A stretch of 64,000 bases of DNA from NCBI GenBank assembly GCA_002010065.2, contig MTMD02000002.1, positions 512,001 to 576,000 on the forward strand, read 5' to 3'. The position numbers and the translations under genes are program-made. Below, piece after piece: positions 48,403 to 58,760 of this stretch. Position 1 is the first letter of the stretch. Each line of letters opens with the position of its first letter. This stretch comes from Candidatus Pyrohabitans jungbluthii (GTDB lineage Archaea > Hydrothermarchaeota > Hydrothermarchaeia > Hydrothermarchaeales > BMS3B). The notes under the pieces were generated by a model. It ran no database searches and was not told where the DNA came from. It worked only from the letters and a program-made list of their open reading frames with translations.

Positions 48403-50978
48403 GGCACCCAAGCCTTAAACAGAGCTAATACTACTATAGAGATTAAAATAACCAGGTTAGGCCCGCAGATGCCCTTCTTCTCTGGTGATTCTCCTTCTTC
48501 AACGATTTCCTCTTTGACAACCTCCTCTTTTTTCTCAGGTGGTTGAGAATAATCTTTACCGGAAGAGGCGGCTTTCTTCTTTGCCTCTTTCACCTGCTTT
48601 TCGCTGAACATCATAATTCCAAACTCTTCAAATGGAACAATGCTTCGGGTTTCCTGTACACTGTAGCCAGAGTTAGGGCTGCCTGAGATTGCGAAGAAAC
48701 CAAACCTATCGGTTTTCACAATAAAGTAAACATATTCGTAATCCTCTGAATAGGGCATGGTTTCAAGCTCTATCCAGACATTATCTTCTTTTATGTAACC
48801 CTTGATAGTATTAACGCTTACATCATTATTTTCCAGCCATGACTTTGCTATTCTGAATTTTATCTCTGCACTTGCAACATATGCATCAGGTTTATCAAAG
48901 TGTATTTTATAGTACCCATATACCTTTCCAGAAGGTTCCTCAAAAATGAAAGCTGGTTTTTCTTTGTGGGTATCCACACAGATCTTCGTATAGTACATAT
49001 CCTGGGCTCCAATAATGCCTATTGAAGCCACATCCGGCACTGCTTCGGGATCGAAAATCGCAGTGCCAGTGCTCCCAGCAAGTATCTTGGGAATTTCCAT
49101 ACAGTTCTCCGCAAGCCCGCCACCTCCACCGCCGCCCGCCGCTGGTGGAGGCGTCTCGCCCGGAGGTAGAGAAATCTCAGTAACGTTAATTGTCACCTCA
49201 TCGCTCGCCACGTTCCCTGCTGTATCGCTGGCTTCCAGTTTGTAGCTCCTCAGCCCCACACTGGAGGTATCAACAGACCATTCTATTGTGCTGCCGGATG
49301 CATAGACCCCACTAACTAAGAGGGTTTCGTTTAGATATATTCTGAAGTCTTTCGGGTGCTCCTCGGTAATTGTCCAAGTGATTGTTGTGGCGGTTCCCTG
49401 TTCAACTTCTGTTCCCGGACTAACGCTTCTGGTTATCTCAGGAGCCTCCAGATCTATCTCTATTGTTCTGCTCTCGCTGCTCCCCCAGTTTCCTGCGAGG
49501 TCTCTGCCATAAACCCTGTAGGTGTGTGTGCCGTGGGTAATCCCAGACTTTGTCCCAGACCAGCTATCCCCAGAGCCGCTCATCGAGATATTTTCTACTC
49601 CATCCCACTCCAGCAACGCCTCGCTCAAATCTTCGGTGGCGGTTATGGCAACTGTAATACTGGTGTCAGAAGTTACTGCTCTGTCCTGAGGCGTGGGTGA
49701 AACAAAGCTTATACTTGGTGGAGAGGTGTCAGGAAGCTCAACAGTAAAACTCACAGAAGCCTCGGCGATGTTGTTCGCCAAGTCGACGGCTATAATTTTA
49801 ATAGTGTGGCTACCCTCTGAGGCGTTGATGGTAATGGGCGGGCTGAAGGGCAGGTAGGCACCCCCATCTAGGGAGTAGAACCACCTTGCCACACCCTCGT
49901 CGGCGCTTACGTCGAGAGAAACCTCTGTGGAGGGGTATGTTATACTCTGGGGCGAGTTAATTGTTATCTGAGGCGGAGCTAGGTCCTTAAGTTCCTCTGG
50001 CGATGAAGTGGAATAGAGGGGTAGATTGTCACTTCCCAGAAGGCGGGTATAGGCATTGTAAGCAGAGTCTCCTATTCCATCGTTGTTGTTGTCGGTGCCG
50101 GTGTAGTCCCACCAGTAGTTGCCACCTATGTACTGCCCGCCGATGATATTTTCCCCCGAAGTTTTTGCGGTATTCCAGGTATTTGATGTATCTTCGCTTG
50201 CGGTGTTGTCCACGTATACGAAATTGTTGTAGAATAAGTTGTTTGAGGAGGAGGTTATAAAGATACCAACGGCATTCTCAACAGAAGAGTAGATAACATT
50301 GCTTTTAACAGTATTGGAGTTTGAAGAACTCTCCAAGACTATGCCGCCATTTGATACCCCTCCCTTTATATCGTTGCCTTCTATTGTATTGGAAGAGGAG
50401 GAGCGCAGGTATATTCCCATGGATGAGCTTCCTATAATGCCGTTGTTTTTTACAATGTTTCCATCGGAATTCTTTATTCTTAGGGCCTCTCTGCTGTAGA
50501 TAATCAAATTGTTTTCAACCGTCACGCTTGAAGCGTCTTCTAGCAGAATTGGATATGGGACTCCTATAAAAGCTGAATTTTTAATTGAAAATCCCTGCCC
50601 TGAAACTTTTATTCCAAATTTGGCTCCCTGGAAGACAAAATTTGACACCTCTGCGTTGTCTGCGGTTACTGTAATCAGCGTGTCAGTTGTCCTGGGTAAA
50701 AGTATGGGGTTGTTTTTACCTAGAAGCTTTAGACTCTTGGATAGAAAAATCCCAGCCTCTTCCTCATATATACCATCGCACACCACAATCGCGTCATTGT
50801 TCGCAGCCTCGGCAACCGCCTTTCTAATAGGATTTGGGTACTCGGAGGATGAGTAATAGCTATCTCCGTTTTCACAGGGGGCGGTCCCCTGGTAAACTAC
50901 CAGAGTTGCTGCATTTACTAAAGAAAAACTCAGCATTACAACAGCAAGCACCCACAGTTTCTCTGAATATCTATTCAT
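48390..50978 (-). CDS. Cell-surface protein (NosD beta-helix, Ig-like, PGF-pre-PGF-like, CGP-CTERM)
   Basis: GGNYWWDYTGTDNNNDGIGD; Gly linker; TDRFGFFAISG; GICGPNLVILISIVVLALFK. Confidence 0.85.
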   Translation of the reverse strand: MNRYSEKLWVLAVVMLSFSLVNAATLVVYQGTAPCENGDSYYSSSEYPNPIRKAVAEAANNDAIVVCDGIYEEEAGIFLSKSLKLLGKNNPILLPRTTDTLITVTADNAEVSNFVFQGAKFGIKVSGQGFSIKNSAFIGVPYPILLEDASSVTVENNLIIYSREALRIKNSDGNIVKNNGIIGSSSMGIYLRSSSSNTIEGNDIKGGVSNGGIVLESSSNSNTVKSNVIYSSVENAVGIFITSSSNNLFYNNFVYVDNTASEDTSNTWNTAKTSGENIIGGQYIGGNYWWDYTGTDNNNDGIGDSAYNAYTRLLGSDNLPLYSTSSPEELKDLAPPQITINSPQSITYPSTEVSLDVSADEGVARWFYSLDGGAYLPFSPPITINASEGSHTIKIIAVDLANNIAEASVSFTVELPDTSPPSISFVSPTPQDRAVTSDTSITVAITATEDLSEALLEWDGVENISMSGSGDSWSGTKSGITHGTHTYRVYGRDLAGNWGSSESRTIEIDLEAPEITRSVSPGTEVEQGTATTITWTITEEHPKDFRIYLNETLLVSGVYASGSTIEWSVDTSSVGLRSYKLEASDTAGNVASDEVTINVTEISLPPGETPPPAAGGGGGGGLAENCMEIPKILAGSTGTAIFDPEAVPDVASIGIIGAQDMYYTKICVDTHKEKPAFIFEEPSGKVYGYYKIHFDKPDAYVASAEIKFRIAKSWLENNDVSVNTIKGYIKEDNVWIELETMPYSEDYEYVYFIVKTDRFGFFAISGSPNSGYSVQETRSIVPFEEFGIMMFSEKQVKEAKKKAASSGKDYSQPPEKKEEVVKEEIVEEGESPEKKGICGPNLVILISIVVLALFKAWVPWKK

Positions 50979-51101
50979 TCCACAGTCCCTCAAAACACTG
51001 GCACAACCTTTGAGACAAACCTAACCAGTTAAAACTTTATCTTAAAAATTTTCATCATGATTAAAATAATTTTTTATTTTGGCAGTTTGTCAATTTAACA
51101 T

Positions 51102-51716
51102 TTATCCCTTCTTTCCCAGGTTTTTCAATCGGTTAAATAACTTTTTCATCAATCTTACTTCATTTTTACCATTTGCAGCATATATATTTTGGTTTTCAGG
51201 TATTACATAATTAAAAACTTTAGCAAGGCAGTCATCACAGAAATATAGTGACTTTTTGTCTATTTCATAAACGCTGCTGGAGAACTTCATGTTGCAGTTC
51301 TCATTTGAGCAATGGTTTAATCCGAAGGTATGTCCCAGCTCATGAAGAGCCTCCTTCAGCAACCTTTCAAGGAAAATCTTAGAGTGGTATCCCCGGTAGT
51401 AACCCTCCATTAAGCGAACAGGTGAAATCACGGCGCACCTCCCTCCCAGGGAAGCTAATCCAAAAATATAGTCAAAGTTCGCAACTGTTATGTCCCTACT
51501 AATAACACCAAGCACTTTATCAGCTTTTGTGAATCGTATAGTGAGGTCGTCTAAAAGGATATCTGCAAGCACCTGCCCCCTTTCATTAAACCAAAGAGGC
51601 AGTTCTTCCGGCGGAGAAATCAAAACATTTTCAAAATACTCCTTCAACCTTAATTTCAGGTACTCAAGCCAGAACTTATTCACGTCACCAATTGGAAGAA
51701 TTTCAAGAGCTACCAC
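51102..51716 (-). CDS. amzA: Archaemetzincin zinc metalloprotease
   Basis: YIFGLA, KEALHELGHTFGLNHC..NCNMKFS...IDKK...FCDDC. Confidence 0.9.
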   Translation of the reverse strand: MVALEILPIGDVNKFWLEYLKLRLKEYFENVLISPPEELPLWFNERGQVLADILLDDLTIRFTKADKVLGVISRDITVANFDYIFGLASLGGRCAVISPVRLMEGYYRGYHSKIFLERLLKEALHELGHTFGLNHCSNENCNMKFSSSVYEIDKKSLYFCDDCLAKVFNYVIPENQNIYAANGKNEVRLMKKLFNRLKNLGKKG

Positions 51717-51818
51717 GCCTAAACCCTGTGAGAGTAACCCGTTAAAATTTTTTTATACTAATATAAAATCAGCCCAATATATGCCCTATTGCGCCGGTCA
51801 GAGGGTAAAAATTCTAGG

Positions 51819-53117
51819 CTAAGAGAAGCCCCACTTCCTCAGCTCTGCCTTCGCTTTCCTCCTTTTACCTTCTAATCTCGCTATCTTCTCCTCTGTCAGG
51901 GCGATGTAATCCTTAAGCTGCTTCTCAAGTTTTTCCACTTTCGCCAGCTCTATGCGTGACCTCTCATCGCTGCTCTCTCCAGAGAGTGAGTCTTTAAAAT
52001 CGTAATACTTCTCCAGGCACTTCTCCATTATTCTGCGCAGACTGAAGCCGCCTAGGAGAATCATGGCATCAACGCTCTTACTCTCGGGAGAGGTGATCAA
52101 GCTGGTGTACCTCAGAATCCCTCCTCGCCCGCCTGCCAGGTGCTTCACAGCCCACTCGCGGGAGATGTCCTCTAAATCTTCCTGGGTAATCTCACCCTTC
52201 AGCACCTTCTCTTCAGGGGCGATAACTATTATGTAGGCCATTGTGGCGGTGCCCTTGTCCAGGGGTACCATTGCGTTGTTGGAAGCGCTCTCTAGGATTG
52301 CGTCCAGGCTGAGCACATCTGGGTCATTCCCAAGGCTCAGGCAAGGGGTGAAATGGATTGTCCCTAAATTGCTGGGGAGCTGATAGTAGTCTGCGATATC
52401 TATCGTTGCCTTCGAGGCATAGGTGCTGGGCGCAATCAGCATGTGTATCGCCCTTATAATCTCCTCGTTTATCCTCTGGTAGCGCTCCTCCTTCTGCCCC
52501 CGCCCTAGGTCGAGAATATGCTCCACCTGTGAGTTGTCCACAAGGATTACCAACGCAGCGTTCTGCTCGCCGTTATAGCGCAACAACCTTGAGAGGCCAC
52601 AGATGGCGTTGAAATGCCTCTGCGGAGCCTCAAAGTCATAGGGAAAGATGCCCAGCGCTATGAAGTTGTTTATCCTCTCCATGCCGAAGCCAGGGTTCCT
52701 CCTAACTCTGTGGATGATGTAGGGTAGCGACCCGTTGCCTGTGCCTCCTCCCAGGGTAGCGATACCAAGGAGCACATCGCTGCTCCGAAGCCTTAAGCTT
52801 GCGATGTATCTTCGTATGTTCTCGTAATCCTCAATTGCTTCTCTTTCGCCAAGAACCCAGTTGTTACCCGCGCCGCTTGGAGCCCTGCCAAAAATGCAAA
52901 CCCGCTCGCGTTTTATCTTCTCGTACTTTTCCCTCAGCTCGGGGCTCTGCGCAAAGATGTGCTCCAGCGGCTTCTCGGGCTTAACGTCCGCCGGCGTTGT
53001 ATTGAGGAGAAGCACTCTATCGCCGATGCTCGGATTTTTATACTTCGCGTAGTAAAGAAAGGCTATGCGGTTTGCGCCCTGTCCGCTCGCTATTATACCC
53101 CATCTTGTAGCTTGCAT
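51819..53117 (-). CDS. Divergent tubulin/FtsZ-family GTPase B
   Basis: ASGQGANRI, LLNTT, GAGNN, TLGGGTGNG, ILVDN, T7-like IDIADY; C-terminal coiled coil. Confidence 0.88.
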   Translation of the reverse strand: MQATRWGIIASGQGANRIAFLYYAKYKNPSIGDRVLLLNTTPADVKPEKPLEHIFAQSPELREKYEKIKRERVCIFGRAPSGAGNNWVLGEREAIEDYENIRRYIASLRLRSSDVLLGIATLGGGTGNGSLPYIIHRVRRNPGFGMERINNFIALGIFPYDFEAPQRHFNAICGLSRLLRYNGEQNAALVILVDNSQVEHILDLGRGQKEERYQRINEEIIRAIHMLIAPSTYASKATIDIADYYQLPSNLGTIHFTPCLSLGNDPDVLSLDAILESASNNAMVPLDKGTATMAYIIVIAPEEKVLKGEITQEDLEDISREWAVKHLAGGRGGILRYTSLITSPESKSVDAMILLGGFSLRRIMEKCLEKYYDFKDSLSGESSDERSRIELAKVEKLEKQLKDYIALTEEKIARLEGKRRKAKAELRKWGFS

Positions 53118-53121
53118 GCTT

Positions 53122-54495
53122 TCAACCTTTGAGCTTTAATGTTTTCTTCTCAAATTTAACCTCTGGATGTGTTTCGCTATAGCGTTTGAGGAAATCCTCG
53201 GCATAGCGCACCTTGAGTTCCTCTGCACTCACCTCGCCATTCTCCCTGAGCTTCTGCTCTATAATCTTTTCTATCGCCGGGTAGTTTTTAGCTATCTTCA
53301 CAGTCTTATATCTGGTGTCAAATTCGCCAGATAGGGTCTTAAGCACATCAAGCGCTTCCTTTGAAAACTTGGAGAAATCCTTTCTGGGGTCAAGCTTTGA
53401 GACGTACCTCTCAACCCCCTTCCTTCTTACCCCAGCCACCTCCAGCTTTTTCAGCTCTTCTTCTAGGGCTACAATCTCCCTTGCGAGGGCTCTAGCAACC
53501 TCAAGCGTGAGCCTCTTTGCTTCTTCCCTGAGGGTGCTTAGTTCGCTGAGGTAGCCAGGGTCATCATAGCTCAGCACCTTCTCCCTAAGGCTTAAAACTG
53601 CGCGCTCCTCCTTTACAAAGTCCTCCTTGATAAACTTGAGAAGGCGCTCCAGGTAGCTAATTATCTCCTTCTTTTCCTGCAGGAAGGGCTTTGTAAGGTA
53701 GCTTGCAGCCTCGCTTCGCACCTTCTGAAGCTTGGGTATAACCTCTACGCTATGTCGGCGCTCCTTAACTATCTCAAGCTCCTTTCTCAGGTGAACAACC
53801 TCAGCAGAGATGCTTTCGGCTGTATCTAGGAGAAACTCCGCTTCGCTGATGCACTTCTGAATTATCTTCAGATATACCTCCTCGCTTCGTCTGCGCTTTT
53901 CAAGTAGCTCTCCCAGCGTAGCGGAGGGCATCTTCACTATTCGTCTCAGCTCTTCGTACTCCTCGCCCACAGAGAATCCGCTCTCAACCAAAGCTTTCGC
54001 GGCGCTGAGCAACTCTTCCATCCTCTTCGCTGCTGCTTCACCATAGCTCGCAGCAGCCAGCGACTCCAGGCTGCGAAGCTGCTGCTCAACTTTCCTGCTC
54101 TCCAGCTCAATCGCGGTGAGCGTCACCTTTTCAATTTTCTTCTCGTTTACCTCAAAGTCCTTCGTGAAGAATCCTTTTGATATAAGCTCCTTCCTTATCC
54201 TCTTCAAATCCCTCATAAAGGGCTCAATGTCGATAAACTCAGAGGCTTCTTTTATGTTATCTTCTATCTTATCCAGCGCACTCCTAATTTTGTTCAGAAT
54301 TTCAATTTTAAGAAGCATTACGGTCTTGTCGGTCTTGCTCTTCCACCAGGTGTAAATTAGGCTAGCAATGAGCACGGATACTATTACTCCAACCGCAAGG
54401 TAGGATACAAAGTTTATTCCAAATGTGAGGAGCAGGAACAAGCCTGCACCCAGCGTGGCAAGGACTACCAGGGCGGTTATCACATATTCGTTCAT
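53122..54495 (-). CDS. Membrane-anchored long coiled-coil protein
   Basis: Two N-terminal TM, then ~400 aa of E/K-rich heptad helix; possible small winged-helix-like end. Confidence 0.75.
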   Translation of the reverse strand: MNEYVITALVVLATLGAGLFLLLTFGINFVSYLAVGVIVSVLIASLIYTWWKSKTDKTVMLLKIEILNKIRSALDKIEDNIKEASEFIDIEPFMRDLKRIRKELISKGFFTKDFEVNEKKIEKVTLTAIELESRKVEQQLRSLESLAAASYGEAAAKRMEELLSAAKALVESGFSVGEEYEELRRIVKMPSATLGELLEKRRRSEEVYLKIIQKCISEAEFLLDTAESISAEVVHLRKELEIVKERRHSVEVIPKLQKVRSEAASYLTKPFLQEKKEIISYLERLLKFIKEDFVKEERAVLSLREKVLSYDDPGYLSELSTLREEAKRLTLEVARALAREIVALEEELKKLEVAGVRRKGVERYVSKLDPRKDFSKFSKEALDVLKTLSGEFDTRYKTVKIAKNYPAIEKIIEQKLRENGEVSAEELKVRYAEDFLKRYSETHPEVKFEKKTLKLKG

Positions 54496-54497
54496 TT

Positions 54498-55697
54498 TTA
54501 AGCCTCGCTCTCAAGGAAATCTTTCTCGTATTCCTCAAGTACGCGCAGGGAGATATCTTTGTACTGGCTTGCAAGCTGGCTCAACGTCTTCAGGCGAGAA
54601 ATCTGATTTGGGCGGTAGGTTAGCAACACAGTCGCCGTCGCTAGGTTGCGCTTTGTCAGGGCGACGCCGAAGTGGGTCTCTCCAAGGCGAGAGTGCTCCT
54701 CCATCACCTGCTTAGCCATGCTGGTGTTTATCCTGCCGCGCTTTGTCAGGTAAACAGGGGGGATGCGCAGCAGCACAAGGTTCTTCTCCGCGTGCTCTGG
54801 TCTAACGTCGGCGAGGGTGAGCTTCATGAAGCTCCTGTAGAGCAGGGAGATGACATCTATCTCCTTATACCCGCCGAAGGGGAAGATATAGTGCAGAAAG
54901 TTTCTCGTTCTCTCAGAAGCTCTGCCTAGGGCTGCGAAGCCAGGACGAGTGCGCTTTCCAAAGGAGAAGCTTGTCGCGGCTATCATGTCCTTGAGGTCAA
55001 TCACAGGAGCGTAGCCCTCGTACTGCGATGGGTCCACACGTTCTATCACAGTGCCTATGAGAATGTCCCGTATGCTCCTAGCAACGTACTCATTGTACCT
55101 CTGGAACAAGCTCTCGGCACTTTCTGCGTACGCAAGCTTCTGGTTGTCTACCAGAATCACAGAGTCCACGTGCTCTATGATCAGGTTTAAGCTTTCCACC
55201 GCATTTTTCGCTGTAAGACCGCCCTCATGCGTTGCTGGCAGCACAACTATGGCGATAACCGGAATTCTCATCTCCTTCAAAACGCTCGCAACCACAGGTC
55301 CAGCCCCACTCCCGGTGCCACCACCCAGAGCAAAGGCAACAAAAGCCACGGGCACGCCTATACCCGAGCCCTCCTCGCTCTCGATGCTTAACCTCTCCAC
55401 AATCGCCTCCTTCAGGTTGTCCCTGAAGCGCATGGCATCTTCCTCTGCCTTTGCGCGGTTCTTCCCGTAGCCCCCGCTCACAAAGTGCTCAAAGCCGTGG
55501 AGTGTGCCCGGGATGAACCCTCTATCCCTTGACATTCCAATCCAGTGCTCTCGCTTTATGTTTTTGAGTGTCTGCAGGTCTAGGGTAGCCGAGTTTATGG
55601 CTATGGGCACGGCTATTTTGAACATTATCTCATCATAAAAAGCAGCGTCTATTATTGCTCCGCCGCACTGTCCCACACCTATAAAAGCGTATGGCAT
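54498..55697 (-). CDS. Divergent tubulin/FtsZ-family GTPase A (CetZ-like)
   Basis: ATG at 55697 after GGTGA; FIGVGQCGG, AINSA..DL, GYGKN, ALGGGTGSG, ILVDNQ, IDLKDM. Confidence 0.9.
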   Translation of the reverse strand: MPYAFIGVGQCGGAIIDAAFYDEIMFKIAVPIAINSATLDLQTLKNIKREHWIGMSRDRGFIPGTLHGFEHFVSGGYGKNRAKAEEDAMRFRDNLKEAIVERLSIESEEGSGIGVPVAFVAFALGGGTGSGAGPVVASVLKEMRIPVIAIVVLPATHEGGLTAKNAVESLNLIIEHVDSVILVDNQKLAYAESAESLFQRYNEYVARSIRDILIGTVIERVDPSQYEGYAPVIDLKDMIAATSFSFGKRTRPGFAALGRASERTRNFLHYIFPFGGYKEIDVISLLYRSFMKLTLADVRPEHAEKNLVLLRIPPVYLTKRGRINTSMAKQVMEEHSRLGETHFGVALTKRNLATATVLLTYRPNQISRLKTLSQLASQYKDISLRVLEEYEKDFLESEA

Positions 55698-55777
55698 GAT
55701 TTCACCAGCTTGCTCTGAGGTAACCTCGCTGTTCGCTTTTATATTTATTTCAAAGGTCAAATATAAAATATTATTGC

Positions 55778-56728
55778 ATGGGCTCAAGGGTGCTTCTTCT
55801 CATTCTGTTCACGATTTCGTTGATTCCCAGTGTTCATTCTCTGGACTGTGGAGATGTCCTCGCGGAGCTTCGTGGCTTCACTTCGTCAGCCTTCGCTGCC
55901 TATCCAGAGCTTAGGCAGGTGAAGCAGGATACCTTGCTTCTGCTCTACTCCCAGCAACGCACAGCATGCGACATTCAGCTTTTGAACTTTGCCTCCTCTT
56001 CCATGGAGTATCTCAAAAGCATGGATGCCGCCTACCTTCTTGTAAGCAGCGCTGAGCTGGAGTCTCAGAGGGAGGGGGTGAAGAAGGCGATAGAGGCTGA
56101 GAGGTTTATCTCTGAGATGCGCTCAGATAGCACTGAGCTGGGAATCCTCGCTCAAGATGCGGTGCAAGAGGCTGAACAGGGGAGGGAGAACTTCCTACTT
56201 TCGCAGGCTCTGACCTTCGAGAGTAGGGCTGAGAAGGCTGAGAGCACAAGGGATAAGCTGGCAAACTTTGAGCTCGCCATAGCTTGCTACGAGGCGGCAG
56301 ACGCTCTTCAGGCGAATAGCTTGAAGGTCAGAAAGCAGAGCTTAGAGGAGAAGTACATAGCTGACATAGTGGCAGCGCAGGAGTACCTGAGCGAAGCAAT
56401 AGCTTTGCTCACGCGCGCAGAAAAGCTTGAGGTCGCCTTCCTCGGCTTTGTGGACGCGTACACCTTAGCAAGGGAAGCAAAGATGAGCCTTGTCAGGGCT
56501 AAAGAACTTTACCAGCTTCATCACGAGAAGGAGAAGCTGGCGGAGGTTGAGGAGGTCTCTATTAATGCTGAAGAAGTCTACTCCTCAACCAGAAAGAGGA
56601 TTCTGATGCTATTTGCCATTGTTTCTCTAACTCTCACCTCGCTTTCGGTGTACATCCACAGCATAATTCTAAGCTGGGAAAGGGATACCTATGACTGCTA
56701 TCTTGGTAACGAGCTTGTGGGGGCATAG
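55778..56728 (+). CDS. Secreted helical protein with C-terminal TM
   Basis: Signal peptide, TPR-like helices, TM, tail WERDTYDCYLGNELVGA. Confidence 0.7.
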   Translation: MGSRVLLLILFTISLIPSVHSLDCGDVLAELRGFTSSAFAAYPELRQVKQDTLLLLYSQQRTACDIQLLNFASSSMEYLKSMDAAYLLVSSAELESQREGVKKAIEAERFISEMRSDSTELGILAQDAVQEAEQGRENFLLSQALTFESRAEKAESTRDKLANFELAIACYEAADALQANSLKVRKQSLEEKYIADIVAAQEYLSEAIALLTRAEKLEVAFLGFVDAYTLAREAKMSLVRAKELYQLHHEKEKLAEVEEVSINAEEVYSSTRKRILMLFAIVSLTLTSLSVYIHSIILSWERDTYDCYLGNELVGA

Positions 56729-56729
56729 C

Positions 56730-58760
56730 ATGCGCTTCTTGAGTATTCTTCTTGTTACGCTCTTACTCTTCGCCTCACCTGTGAGCGCCCAGGTTACGGC
56801 AAGCTTTGACTATGATGAGGTGGACTTTTACTTCGACAAGCCCAAAAATGAGGTCTCCTATTTTGAGGAGAACTTAACCTTGGAGTTCTTCAATGCAGAC
56901 AATGAGAGCGCAGCGATACTCTCTGGTCTTGAGGCAACGCTCTCTGGCGAGGCGAAGGATAAGGGCATGAGTGTTGTCCTCGAGAAGAGCTATCTTCGGG
57001 TTGAACCCAACGATAAATCTTACCTCACCATTTCCTTCCGTGCACCCCCAAGCGTGCCTGAGGGCAGGTATGAAGCGAAGCTTGAGGTTAAGGGCAACTA
57101 CACTTACATTACCAAGCAGGGTGTCCACACCCTACTCCATGAATTCTACATCACAGTAAATGTTGACCACCCACCTGCGACGCTTGCGGCGAGCTGGGAC
57201 CTTGCGGAATGGGGAAAGCTCAGAGCAGGGCAGAGCTTTGAGCGCACCCTCACCGTGAGGGAGGTTTATGGGTACGCTGGGGCAAGCAACGTTACGCTCT
57301 ATCTCTCAAGAACAGGACCCGTGAACCTCACCTACACCTCGAGCTTAGGGGATATACCCGCAGGAGGGTCAAAGAGCATTAAGGTTAAGGTTCAGGTACC
57401 TGAGAGGTACCTTAGGCCGGGAGACTACAAAGTTGTTCCAAAGATTGTGAAAGATTACAAAACGCAGGTGTCAACGCTTGAGCAGGCTAACTATACCATC
57501 CCAAAGCCAGAGATGGCGATTTCCACCACTAAGTTAAATTTCGGCAGGCTCACCTTTGAGGTTGGCAAGGATACAGCGACAGCAAGCATAACTGTCAGCG
57601 AGGTTGGTGGCTACACTCCAATCGAGGGTTTGAGCATCTCTCTGGTTAAGGGGGAGGAGGGGTGGGTGGGCTACACCCAGGTTAACTACATTCCCCCAGG
57701 GAGGAATGCAACAGTAAACTTTACCCTTATCCTGCCCCCGGATGCAAGCCTCGGAAAAAAAAGCTGGATTTTTGAAATAACTACTGTGCATGCCGGGAGT
57801 GTGGAGATTCTTGGGGAGGCTATAGTGTATTTCCCAGGTTTGGATGAGGCGGAGCGTTCCCTCGCTGCCCTGCCCTCGCTGCCCTCTCATCCAGAGGTCA
57901 AAGAGGCGGTGCAGAACCTGCGGGAGATGATAGCAGCCTCTAGGGATGTAACCGAACTCAGGGAGATAGCAATGGTCATGTCGGTGTACAGCGGCGTTAG
58001 CTCTTTTGTGAATATCCTAGCAGGTGCTGAAGGTAAGCCCCTTGAGGAACGCGTTGAGAGCATTATACTTGCAAAGAGGAGTCTCAACAGAGCAAAGATA
58101 GGAAGCGAGAACCTGGAGGACAGGAACTTAAAGAAGTACGCTATACCCGCGGTTGAAGCCTTAGAGAACGTGTGGAAAAGGGAGGCAGGCTCAGCAGCAG
58201 AGGCTCTTGAGGCTGTGGTAAAGCAGAAGGAGGAAAGCGATTACCGTGGCGCAGCGCTGGACTACAAGAGGCTTAAGACGCTTTATTCGCTGCTCGGTGA
58301 AGCTGAGAGTGCGAAGGAGTACGCCTCAAAGCAGGAGGAGATGGAGCGTGCCTATTTCAACTCCCTATCTGAGGCGATGTCCCTCCTCAGGCTTGCGGAG
58401 GAAAATGTAAGCGCAGCTAGAAGGCTCACCTTCAATATAAAGGAAGCCTCCTTTGTTATCAACCCCTTCCATTACGAGGCGGTTATGGCTTACTACGATG
58501 ATGCTCTCTCCAGCGTTGAGAGGGCAAGGCTTCTTCTTGACAGGGCGGGCGAAGATGAGGAGGCGAAGCTGCTTCAGAGGAGGATGAAAGAGCTCAAAGA
58601 CAGGAAGCGCACCATTGAGAGAACCTTCAGGGTCTACCTTGCCTTCCTCACCCTCTTCTTCCTGTGGTTTGTGGCGAGGGTGACTCTGGGTCTGCTGCGC
58701 TGGATTCGTGACTCGGAGGCTCTTGCAGAGGGCGACGTGCTCCTTGGGGCCGAGGGTTAA
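56730..58760 (+). CDS. Secreted Ig-like and helical protein with C-terminal TM
   Basis: Signal peptide; three beta-sandwich repeats; helical region; tail WIRDSEALAEGDVLLGA. Confidence 0.72.
   Translation: MRFLSILLVTLLLFASPVSAQVTASFDYDEVDFYFDKPKNEVSYFEENLTLEFFNADNESAAILSGLEATLSGEAKDKGMSVVLEKSYLRVEPNDKSYLTISFRAPPSVPEGRYEAKLEVKGNYTYITKQGVHTLLHEFYITVNVDHPPATLAASWDLAEWGKLRAGQSFERTLTVREVYGYAGASNVTLYLSRTGPVNLTYTSSLGDIPAGGSKSIKVKVQVPERYLRPGDYKVVPKIVKDYKTQVSTLEQANYTIPKPEMAISTTKLNFGRLTFEVGKDTATASITVSEVGGYTPIEGLSISLVKGEEGWVGYTQVNYIPPGRNATVNFTLILPPDASLGKKSWIFEITTVHAGSVEILGEAIVYFPGLDEAERSLAALPSLPSHPEVKEAVQNLREMIAASRDVTELREIAMVMSVYSGVSSFVNILAGAEGKPLEERVESIILAKRSLNRAKIGSENLEDRNLKKYAIPAVEALENVWKREAGSAAEALEAVVKQKEESDYRGAALDYKRLKTLYSLLGEAESAKEYASKQEEMERAYFNSLSEAMSLLRLAEENVSAARRLTFNIKEASFVINPFHYEAVMAYYDDALSSVERARLLLDRAGEDEEAKLLQRRMKELKDRKRTIERTFRVYLAFLTLFFLWFVARVTLGLLRWIRDSEALAEGDVLLGAEG

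Noticed and set aside
51819-55697. Call as canonical ftsZ genes
   Set aside because: They lack the FtsZ GGGG-x-N and NxDFAD motifs and the usual ftsZ context.
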